Source: Raillietiella orientalis
Taxonomy: Eukaryota
Direction: 5' to 3'
Length of the DNA stretch: 64,000 nt
Assembly (NCBI GenBank): GCA_036172245.1
Contig: JAYWIR010000001.1
Span: 4,526,001 to 4,590,000, forward strand
Shown: positions 1 to 11,300 of the stretch, piece after piece
How the letters are laid out: every line of letters starts with the position of its first letter
Numbering within the stretch: position 1 is the stretch's first letter
Program-made: the position numbers and the translations under genes
The notes under the pieces: generated by a model
Told to the model about the DNA's origin: nothing
Databases searched by the model: none
Seen by the model: only the letters and a program-made list of their open reading frames with translations

Positions 1-1664
1 CTATTAAATATCAAAAAAGGGAATTTCACTGAAAATAGCTGAAGAAATTATATATAAAGTTTTCTTCTCGATATTCCTAATTTCTAATATTGTGAATATA
101 CTTTGGTTTCATCCTTAGCAGTGATTACTTCTTGTTACCTCGTTTTTTATTTCATATTTATATATATCTATGGATGATGTGCATTTCATAACCCTTCAAG
201 AGCGTGGGAGTTTTTTTTTACTGTGCAGTCATTTTTGATTTCACAAGTTGAAATAAAAAATTACTACACAGTAAAATGTCCTATTTAATATATATTTCTC
301 TTATGTACTATTACAGTTAATCTTCCGTTTTCCGTATAATAAATATAAAATACTATTGTGCTTCTTCAGTACATACAATTCTCTTGAACAGTGAAAGTAA
401 TCTATTGATATAAATGTCGTATTATGAAATTATTTGGAAACTTCCACAACTCCTTAACATTCTTCTGTATCTTGCAGTGTGTGCGTGCGTTTTTTTATAA
501 GCCTTCTATATTGCAGTTCTTGACTTTAGTCGTTCCTGAAGAAATTTGATTTTATTCTGAGAATTTCAGTGGTTGTTGTTCACTATAGCTTTTCTTTCAC
601 TTTCTGTTTTTCACCAAGAGATTATTTCTTTTCACGTTATTTTGGAGGATTCTTAAACTCCATAGCAAGGCGCCTAATGTTGAATCTGAATTACATTTGA
701 TTTCAGCATTTTTGATGATTGAATTAATGGTTTTCTCCAGCTTGGGTTTTTTCAGAATTCTTACTTCCATTTCGTGTGTGTGTGTGTTTTGTTTTGATTT
801 TGGTTTACGAATTTCGATTTCCGTACCGGATTCTCTTATGCTTCAAAGCCTTTTCAGTTTTTTGTATCTCGTATAAAAGAAGTTTCGTAGGCTTTTTAAC
901 GAACTGGATCGGTATCATTAGGGGAAAAAAAGTTTCTCCAATGAGAGCATGAAGAAATATCATTCGTAGGTCGGTTACACCGGTGTCTGATTTCCACCGT
1001 TTGATGGAATACTTAGATCTTAGAGCAACTGGTCACTTTGAGTGGTGCATTCAAAATTCACGTAACAGAAAAAAAAAAAAAAATGTGCATGTTAAATATA
1101 GTGTGTACCGGCAATTCAAGGGAATCTGGGCGGGTTTCAGATAAAGGGATGCTTCATCCTGTTTTCTGAGAATGGCAAAAAGTTTATTTGCCAACGTACT
1201 CTTCGTTTTGAGTGCAATTCACGGTGTTCGCACTCGTCTGATGTCCACCACCTGTTATGGCGTGCACATGAAAACAGAAATTTCTTTCTGGTTAAAACGT
1301 AATCAGGTTTTAAGAATCAATAATACTGGGATTTTAAATCCTTGAGTGCATCCGGTGGAAAATTGGCTTGCAGGGCCACTTTCCCATCCCCGTTTACTAG
1401 GGGAATAATTTTGAAATTTAATAATCCTAATTCATTTTTTTAATGTTAAAATTATTTTGTACTCTTGTTGTACTGTATCAGTGGTTTGCAGTTTGCAGTG
1501 GACTCTTACTGGTGTACTTTTCTTTATTTGAAATCTTTACAATTTTAGGAACTAACAGTACTTTAGAATTTAAATGTTTAGAAATGAAACAGATAAATAA
1601 ATGGGGCAGTATTATGTACTATCTAATGCTATCGTGACAATGTTGCTTGAGCAGCATTTTGAAT

Positions 1665-4283
1665 ATGAGCAAAGACAATGAACAACAGTTAATGAATACA
1701 GTTGATAGACATGATCTGATTTCAAGATTAAATAAGATGACAGAGGTAAGCATTGGTCTGGCTTGTAATATGATTAATAAGCAAGTGGTTCTTTCAGGAA
1801 GAAAAAAACTCCACAATTGCTATTCCACAGCATGATATGGAGATATCCAAGAATCTGATTCAATTTCGAGAAAGTGTTGCAAAATGTCAAATGGTCATGT
1901 GTGAAGAAGCATATACAGACATTCGTACTGTAAAGTGAGAACTTACTAAGTCTTTTAAATATATTATTTTAGTATTTTTTGTGCTACCTGGAATATCAAT
2001 GGACAGCCTGCTTCAGAAGCCTTACATGAATGGTTAGCATACGCTGCTATTTTACCAGATATCTTTGCAATAGGATTTCAAGAATTAGATCTTAGTAAAG
2101 AAACATTTTTCTTCAATGATACACCAAGAGAAGAAGAATGGACGTCAGTTGAACAAGAAAGAAATGTTTGTTTTGTCTTATTCAACATTTGTTCTAGGAT
2201 CCTAGTGATAAATAGTCTTCCACAGTCTCATCGCTATTTGAAAATAGCACAGATACGTTTGGTGGGAATGCTGTTACTTGTTTTTATTTTGGAGAAACAT
2301 GCTGCTTATGTCCGCAATATTGCAATGGAAACAGTTGGTACAGGCATAATGGGAAGAATGGTAAAAATGCAACATGTTTTTTGTGTTTAAAATAGATTTT
2401 TAGGGTAATAAAGGTGCTGTGGCAGTTCGTTTTGATTTTCACAGCACTAGTATGTGTTTTGTCAATTCACATCTGGCTGCACATGTAGAAGAATTTGAGA
2501 GAAGGAATCAAGATTTTGATGACATCTGTTCCCGTTTGATATTCAATACATCAATAACACCCAAAGCAATTAAAGATCATGAGTGAGTACTGATTAGGTG
2601 TAAAGAATCCCAGAAATGTGTCACAGTCAGATTTTTTGGTTGGGTGACTTGAACTATCGAATCACAGATATTGATGCAGAGCAAGCTAAACTAAAACTGG
2701 ACACTGCTGGTGTGCAAGCATTATTGCAGTTTGATCAGTTGTATCAGCAACGTCAAAATGGTCGTGTGTTTGTTGGTTACGAGGAAGGTACTATAACATT
2801 TGTGCCTACATACAAGTATGATCCAGGAACTAACAACTGGGATTCCAGGTGAATATTTAAGTAATTCTTGCTTTTCATATTGTTTCATGAAAACAGTGAA
2901 AAAAATCGAGCACCAGCCTGGTGTGACCGTATTTTATGGAGAGGGAATCATATTCATCAGTTGCTTTATACTTCTCATCCTTCACTTTGCCTCAGTGATC
3001 ATAAACCTGTCAGTGCTGTTTTTGAAGTTGGAGTAGGTTATTCGTTTGTTGAAATCAAATTATTGTTTGCTAGCTCAAAGTCATTGATGCAGTTCGCTAT
3101 CGCCGTGTTTATGAGGAAGTTATGAAAAAGTTGGATAAACTGGAGAATGAATTTCTTCCACAAGTTACAGTGGATAAAACAGAGATTCAGTTTGGTGTGG
3201 TGCATTTTTACCAATTTCAACAAGAGCAGCTTATCATTTCCAACACTGGTCAAGTGCCAGTACAGTTTGAATTTATCAAAAAACTCAATGAACAGAGTCA
3301 CTGCAAAAAGTGGCTTACAGTGCAACCACCTTCTGATTGCCTCCGCCCAGGAGAGAAAAAAACTGTGCTCTTTGATGTATTTGTGGACAAATTCTCTGTA
3401 GCAGCTTTGCACAGTGGTCAAGATGAGTTATATGACATCTTGGTCCTCCACTTGCAGGGAGGCAAAGATATCTTCATCACTGTATCAGGAACCTATCAGC
3501 CAAGCTCTTTTGGTGCATCTATCAATGCTCTAATGCATATCCCAGGACCCTTCATTAATACATCAATTGAGCAGCTGCGTGAGTTGGTGTGTAACCAGTG
3601 TTTGTGTCTGTGACCAGATTTGCTCCACCAGGAAAAGAAGAGATCTGTTTTGCCAGTCAATGAAACTTGTGGTATTCCAAAGGAATTGTGGTATTTGGTG
3701 AATCATCTGTACAGTCATGGAATGGATGTTGGTGGACTCTTTACTGTAGCAGCTATCCATCAGGAAATTCAGATGATCCGTGATTGCATTGATTCTGGCC
3801 AACCAGACAACATCGGTACAGCGTGATTTCATGTTATCCCCTTAACTCAAGTAGATAGGTGGCAGTGTCCATTCAGTGGCTGAGTGCCTGTTACTCATGT
3901 TGGACTGTTTCTCAGAACCTGTAGTTCCATACAGCTTTACTGCTGCATGTTTGGCAGCCAGCCACAACTATCTCCTTGCCAAGCAAGTCCTGCATCAGTT
4001 GCCAGCACATCATCAAAATGTATTTATCTACATATGTACTTTCTTAAATGAGGTTTTAGCACATCCAGCCAATGGATTGGATGCCCATACTTTAGGTTAG
4101 GCAAATTTTTTCATTCATTCGTTTCAAATTGGGTTTTCAGCTACACTGTTTGGATCTATTTTATTGAAAGATGCATTTGTACCCAAATCAAAAGTGAGCC
4201 AACAGAACAGTGAACAGAAAAAAGCATCTTTTGTGTATCATTTTATTGTAAATGATATTGACCTTAACCTTTTATTGCATTGA
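1665..4283 (+). CDS. OCRL: OCRL/INPP5B-family inositol polyphosphate 5-phosphatase (5-phosphatase, ASH and RhoGAP-like domains); 5' end uncertain
   Basis: Exons join in frame at GT-AG sites: 1665-1745, 1798-1934, 1973-2143, 2198-2360, 2404-2582, 2627-2848, 2897-3032, 3074-3586, 3632-3815, 3859-4095, 4141-4283 (TGA). Motifs: [62 protein letters not shown] (NTGQVP, DILVLHL); RhoGAP-like ([17 protein letters not shown]). No C-terminal CAAX. Further upstream exons are likely. Confidence 0.93.
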
Positions 4284-4399
4284 GATTTCCTAGTCATTCC
4301 ATGCCTTTTTTTTTCTTTTTATCTTCACTTTTTAATGGTGTTTTGCCATAGCACCAACAACACAATTTGATTTTTGATGTTGCCTTTTAATGAAAATCT

Positions 4400-4405
4400 A
4401 ATAAA
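4400..4405 (+). promoter_or_regulatory. Putative poly(A) signal of OCRL
   Basis: AATAAA about 115 nt after the stop, following a T-rich UTR. Confidence 0.55.
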
Positions 4406-4613
4406 ATAATAGTATCAAGGAAACTTTAGTGAAAATTTCCAATTCTATTATCTCTCTTGTAAATGATTCTTATATGTTGCTGTAATATGCTTGTGAGTAG
4501 TATATTTCAACATATAAAAGTGTTTTGTGGATATACCAGGATATCCTTTGAAATGTTTGCATACTACTTGTGTTAATTCGTGTTGTAATGAATATCATGC
4601 CCACCTTTGGAGA

Positions 4614-4910
4614 CTGGAATCCTGGTGCGATAAAAAATGTTGAAAAAATTGAATCTGTAATAGAAAATTTGAGTATAAAGTATTCTATGACTCGAGTTGT
4701 AATGAATATTAAGCCGATTGTGATGGTAAGAAGTAGAGAAAGAAATGAGAGGGAATAATTTTTTTTTTTAAAGAGATATGTTCATGTTACTGAAATACCT
4801 GATCTTAACAGAAGAATGGTATTAAATAGAGGTACTTCTATGGCAGATGGTAAGGCAAGATTAGATGGGGATCAGGAAAATCTGAATTGTGGATTGACTC
4901 TTAATCTACT
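4614..4910 (-). pseudogene. cox3: NUMT: decayed fragment of mitochondrial cytochrome c oxidase subunit III
   Basis: Minus strand in the invertebrate mitochondrial code (TGA=W, AGA=S, ATA=M) reads SSLSVNPQFSFSWSPSNLALPSAMEVPLFNTILLLSSGISVTWTYLF...LLLTITIGLMFITTRVMEYFMLKFSITDSIFSTFFIAPGFQ. This follows the COX3 consensus SSL...WPP...PLLNTxILLxSGxxVTW...QxxEY...FTIxDSxYGSTFFxATGFH. Confidence 0.9.
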
Positions 4911-5319
4911 CTGTAACCAAGACAAAAGATGGGACAAAATAATTGTTGATACCAGAGACTTTAAAACAAAATAAAATAAGAAACTGGTTATTATGTATTT
5001 TGTTTGCTCGTAAGCCATAATGCTGTTTCTACAAAGCAGTGCATTGTTTCCTGATGATGGTAAATCATCCAAGGATCCAAACTGTTAAGCATCGGTTATT
5101 TGAATTTCACTGAGACTGTTGGCAAGCTGAAACACTGTACGCATGCAAACTGTGGGCACATTTTTAGCAGTGCAAGCAGCCTGTAATTGACTTTGTATAA
5201 AGTGCGATTTCGTTTCTGCTTATCTTTATCGAAATTTTCATTGTGTGCACCTCTAGAAATAAAAATGATTGCATGAATCTTTCCCTCTGCACATGTTTGA
5301 AATGCCTGCATTGGAACTC

Positions 5320-5327
5320 TATCGATA
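5320..5327. promoter_or_regulatory. DRE-like palindrome TATCGATA
   Basis: Exact match to the DREF-binding element; a second copy is at 35671-35678 in MED17 intron 1. An 8-mer can occur by chance. Confidence 0.25.
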
Positions 5328-8300
5328 TTTCAAGGATTTTAACGAAAGCCTTATCGCATTTGGCATTTTGCAACCTTCGAATACAGTTTGCATCAAAGTT
5401 GTTTATCTCCATGTTTCGAATTTCCATAATTATTCCTTACGGAAACTGTAGGAATAATACAATGTTACACCGCACTCGGCCCATGTTTATATCTGGAGAT
5501 AAGTAAATGTAATAGATAAAACACGGCAACTTTTTTCGTGTTCATTTTCTTTTAACCTCGCCATCCTGTGGCACGAGTATCGAAACCAAAGTGAAAAGGG
5601 GGGCAATTCAGGAAACTTTTGCAGCGTTCACGTTGTTTCCATAGACAAAAAAAAAAACTGGTTGGCAGTGGAATCGCTTGTGCCTGAATTGTGTACTAAC
5701 GAGAATTACTGCAAAGAGGAGGTATCATGCTGTTCTCGTCAGCCGTAAGAGGAAAAACCTCTGGAAGACAAAAATGGCTCAAAGCCACTTCCTTGCTGTT
5801 CTCTACCGCTGTACATCCAACTCAATGTAAGCAGAGGATGAAGTTTTATTTTCCAAAATGTTTCCATTAGCTTCAGAATTAGGGTAGGAGTGCAAGCACA
5901 GCTAGCGGGGGTGAAGGATCCTTTTACAACCATCTGAATCCTCTCACATCCCTATGATGAGTAGCATGAAACAAAAGCAAAAGTGGTGTGCAAGTGAATC
6001 ACGTTGTGTCCTGTATGCGGGTCCCATCGCCCCGGTTCATTTCACTGCCACAAACTTTGGAGTGGGCAAAAAAAAGTGTACGGGGTGTTTATTTTCGAGT
6101 ATTGGTTTCGTTGGAGATGGAAAACTTGGTGATAGCTCAGTGAATCTCCAAAGTGCGTTTGCGAGGTTCAACCTTACCAAGAACAAAAGATCAGTTTGGT
6201 GTGTCGTGTCTAACCCTGAGCGTTTACACGTCAAGGTGGTCATCTCCTGGTTCAACTGATACGAAACGCAAGCCCTGAACATCATTACTCAGTGGAAAGT
6301 GTCCGTGACATTTGGCGAAGAGGATTGGATTACACTCGGAATCCTGGAAGGTGTTGTTTTGGACACAGCAGCCACGCACGCAAAAATGCAAAAATGATTT
6401 ATTCGACTGTCAGTGCTTTCCGTCCATGCTGCTCACATTCTTTTGAAAAATTGCTCTGGAAAATTCATTTGTCTCTCGAGTTACACTGTTTCGTTCACTT
6501 TGTATTCCTCAACAGAACTAAGAAGCAAGGGTGTTGTCTTGAGATTTAACTTTTAATCGCGTTGAAAACGGTCAGGTGAGACGTTGAGGTCCAAAGCTGG
6601 TGGTCATATGCAACAATCAACCGTTTTTCTTGGTATCATCATCATCACCGAAACAGACCTCAGTGTCTTTTGCTCTTGAAATCACATTCACCTTTGCCAA
6701 CTGTAAGCTGCTTGTGTCATACAAGTTTGTTTTTTCATCTCCAGATTCTTTTTCTTCTTCCGCCAGCCATGAGGCCCATGTAGTACACTTGGAAGTTGGA
6801 ACTCATCTTTTGAAACGTAACAACGATGTTAAAGAGGAAGTTGACGCCTAGATGGTACGGGTCTTTTCATAACTTTACTGTCTTCTCAGAATGCAATCAT
6901 AAATCCACTTAGGTTTCAGATTTTGGGAAACAGACATACTGGTGCAATGGCTTACTCATCCCGCACTACCGTATTTCAATTTGTATTAATATGTAATGCC
7001 ATGACACATAATCTGTACTTTGGCACAGGTGATGAATATCGATGATGAACTTTCTGTAATTATTTGAATGCGCTCCTCTTTATTGCATGATTAGAATGTA
7101 GACGGATTACATTCCACTGTAGTACCATGGCGTAAGAAAGGCAATTACCAACAACATGCTACGCCATACACATTTAACGGGCATATTTTAAACCATGTTT
7201 ATTTACACGATGGAAAACTTGAAATGTTCCGTTTTTCGATTTTTAAGGAGTCTGTTTTTCAACATTCGAAACGCAAAACCATCGAACTGAAGTGCATTTC
7301 GACATTGGAAACATGCCTCGGTTTACTGCTTACAAGGTTCAATTACAAAGCCGTATTGATTATTAGTGTTTAGAACGACTAGGAAACGACTAGAAACAGC
7401 GAGCGCATAAAAGACTGTGAAATGCACTTACCCGTCTTGCGAAACGGGTCTTTTTGATCTGATCGTGGTCTCTTTTTTGTAAAACATTGTAAAGAAGTTA
7501 GTCAAAATGTCTTCCAAGATTCTGTTCAGCCGACCGGAAACGCGGTTTTGGTGCATTCAGGTTCCTGTAGCTTACTGAACTGAGAACTTTCCAATATTGG
7601 GCTTCTTGATCAACCCGAGTACCCTTTGCAGGTCCTCCTTGATGGTGGAAAAGTCTGCCAACATTGTGGCTATACACATTGATATTTAAATTATATAGAA
7701 GTTTGCAAAACAATAGTTTGGGACTGGTATGAAATTATTCCACATTCACAGAGTGTTACATTTCTTTAGAGAGACTGTGCAAAGTTAGCCTAAGGTACGT
7801 TCCAAAGGGTTCAGGAATGGCATGCTGAATATAATTCCCAGAGATAAGAAAAAATTCCTTTTATGAGCAGTTGAACCAAACAGAACATTTAAAATGATAG
7901 ATGCGAGGACATGTTACCATCGGCTTCTGAATGTACTCATGAAATTGTAATTTGAATAATTGCAGTTATCCAAACTTCAATTCTTTTTTTTCATTTCAGA
8001 CCAGAATAAAATAGAAGATAAACCAGACTAGAATAAAGATTTGTAATACTGAATGCTATATTAGATAAGTCCAGTAGGTGCTGAATAATTTTCTTCTCTT
8101 AAAGAACAATAATGAAGAGCACTGGGGAGCTTTTCTTAGTATGCAGAAGAGAGTCTGAATGCTTCAAGTGATAAACTTCTCACTTCAATAAGTGTAATAC
8201 GGAATCAGATTTTACTTAGGCGTAATTGAGTACGCACGTACACGGAAAAGAAAACCTATTTAGATATTTTCCTATAAGCATATGAGCACATGCATTAAGT

Positions 8301-11300
8301 GCAATTTGCCTCTGCTTTAGAATTCTGTAACTAAAGGATTTCCTTTGAAAATCACTTATTATTTGAAAGAGTACTACTAAAAATGTGTTTGTAATTGGTT
8401 GGCCTATTCACCGGTTGCATCACTGTGTGCATAATTATGTTTGCTGTCATCACAGTAATCCAAATGCAATCTCGACGAGGACACACACAATCAAAATCAA
8501 TGAGTTTTTGTTCTCCATTAAATCATCGTTTTGTGACTAATATAAGAGTATGTTTGTATTATGCCCCGTACTTCACAACGGGGAAAGGGCCATAATTCGA
8601 ATTTCGGACCAATTTGAGATGAAATGGGAGTCTAATCATTTGCATCCCACACTTGTGATTTCTTCTGAATTTCTTTTAGCGAGCATTCGATTATGTGGTG
8701 TGTTATGATGACCCAACTGCATTTTGTCAGGATCCTGCTTAACTTTTGAAAAATTACCCGCGACAATTTTTGAAACACGTTTTCCTCAATCAAAAGCATT
8801 TATGCAGGAAACGAAACCGGAAGAACGGATCTTTATAATTTATCTTTCGGGTTTCTGTGGATTTAATGGAAGGTTTACCACGTAGAAGAAGTGCATACAA
8901 AGGAAAGTATACGTTTGACACATCTCCGTATTAAGTTTACAGTTAACCTTCGATGTGTATCTCTCCCCCCCCCCCCCTTTTTTTTTATAACGTTAGGTTC
9001 GTTTAATTTCGTGGTTTTCAACAGGGATCAGCTGCTCTGAAATCGGTATGCTGTGTGCATTGTGTCTGTATAAAGTGTTGCATGGAATTTGCATCAACAG
9101 AATCCAAGGGACTCTCACGCGTAGTCCTTGCCCAGTCTTGTCCTAGTGAATGCATCTTCAAGTTACGAAGTAACGTCGTTTTCGTTTTGTTCCATGACGA
9201 GTGGAAGCTGCGTAAGAGCCGAGTATCATGAAACACTAATCGTTCCGAGTTTTGAGGAAAGGTAAAAAAAAAAAAAAAAAAAACATTAAAAAAAAAAAAA
9301 AATGCTTTTCACATTGCATGGTGTAAGGTTCGGGGCCGTAGAGTTTGAACTTGTAAACAAACGTGCGCATGTATGAGTGTTTGAGTTCTTTGAGTTTGTT
9401 TGTTTGTTTGTTTTTGTCCTCATCTCATGGGGGCGGGAAGAAAAAAAAAAAGGTCAAATTACAAAAATGCAGTCTCTATTAGTACTCGTAAGATCACAGA
9501 GTTCGAGTCGTTCATTTTTTTTTTTTTTTTCAATCCCCGAAATTGGAACGAGCATGATTGCTGAATTAGAGTAGCTCTGTGCACGTACAACTTGGTGATT
9601 CTTCCCATGTACTAAATAAATGTATAGTTAAAACAAAGTGCATTGTGATTATTGTATTACATTTTCTTTATTTGACTGAAACAACCTTATGCCGAGTAAT
9701 TTGGAAGTGGTGTTGGGTTAGTGTTATTATTACTTTTTATTACTTTTTATTACGCATCAGCACATCGTCTGCTGAGTTTTTCTTTGTTTCATGGATAACG
9801 TTCAGTGCACAAAAGAGTGAATTGGGCATACTTAAGAATAAGATTTCCAGTTGTTTCCGATGATTCTTTTTTTTTTTTTTTCCCTTCCCCCCCCGTTTAA
9901 CGAACTTACTGTTTCTTGTTTTCCGAATATCTCTTACATAATCTCTTGCATGGTATTGTAGCAAGTGTTCCAGTGTTTGTTATTCATTGTTAGTGAGATG
10001 TGATCTGTGTAATTAACAATTATTAAATCAGAATAAAGTTCACTTTTATTTTTTTCTGTTCAGCTGCATTATGCACCGAAAGTTTCAATCATTTGGTGCA
10101 CTTGAACCCAATAATTTACTTCGAAAATCGAGGAGAGTTTAAGCATTGCAAGGAATTTGCATGCAAGTGTATTTAAAATGAGAATGAAAAATATATGTGT
10201 GTTCTTTACTGGTGAAAGCAATTTTTTTCCCCCAAAATATCTTTGTTCTGTAAAATTTGCCTGCATTACAGTACTCAAAGAATTTGGATTAAGAGCTGGA
10301 AAATTTCATGGCCACTGTGAGCAGATTGGTGTAGGACATTTCTTAACAGTTTTGGTAGTAAATAAAGTTGATGAACTTTTACCCAGTCCACCATCTCTGT
10401 CTCCATTCATAATGTATCTTTTAGTTGCTCTTGGAAAGTTCAGTTTTTTTCATTATCTATAATTAAATGTAGATGTACCTGAATATGTATTTGCACACAT
10501 TGCATTATATTTCCAATTTTGACAGGTATGTTCGGATCTTCTCGCCCATTGCCAATTTATTTTCAGATTTTGTGGCTTGTTCAATTGTTAAAGTAATTGA
10601 ACAAATACTGAACAGTTTCAAAATTGAGTCGAATTATGCCACTGGATTCCTTTTTCATACTAAGCGTTTTTGGTAGAATTGTTGGGATTTTCATTTATTT
10701 AAAAATTTAATTGAAATTTCGTTTTTTTTTTGAAAATTGTTTTTTTTTGAATTGAAAGGCAAGATTGCAATTTTCAAAGGGATATTGGTGTCATTTCAGT
10801 GTATTTTATTGTTGTTCATTGCTAATGTTCGTTTGCACATAAGTGTTGATCAACTTAAAAGAAATGGATTTGTTGTCCTCTGTTTTGGACAATTAAGTTT
10901 TGCTGATTTTTTATTTATTGCACCATTGTAGATACAATTTGTCTACTGAGAAAATCAGATTTCATATAGGTCAAACTTAATTAATGTGCTCAGTTTATCA
11001 TTTGAAAATGAAGACCCAATAATAGCAGGTTCTACATTATAAGACAGTATCATAAAATTAATCTTGTTTTTGTTTATCCAAAATAGATCCCTTGTGTCCA
11101 TACATACTACTGTGTAGGAGTTGTATACTTTAATGTAGGAAGTTGCTTGCAGGCTAGGTTTTCAATTTAAAAATAAAAGGTCCTTGACTCTTGGCTTAGA
11201 AAAACTATATGCTTGCTTAATATGCTGGTTTTCCAGTTGTAGCAAAGAATGCAAAATTCAAAGTAAGCAAATTGCATCATGCACTTTGCAATGGAACATG

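Noticed and set aside
4570-4758. 62-aa plus-strand ORF after OCRL
   Set aside because: It is the antisense reading of the cox3 NUMT.
6645-6830. Acidic open stretch on the minus strand (WLAEEEKESGDEK...GDDDD)
   Set aside because: No start, splice context or homology that I can support.
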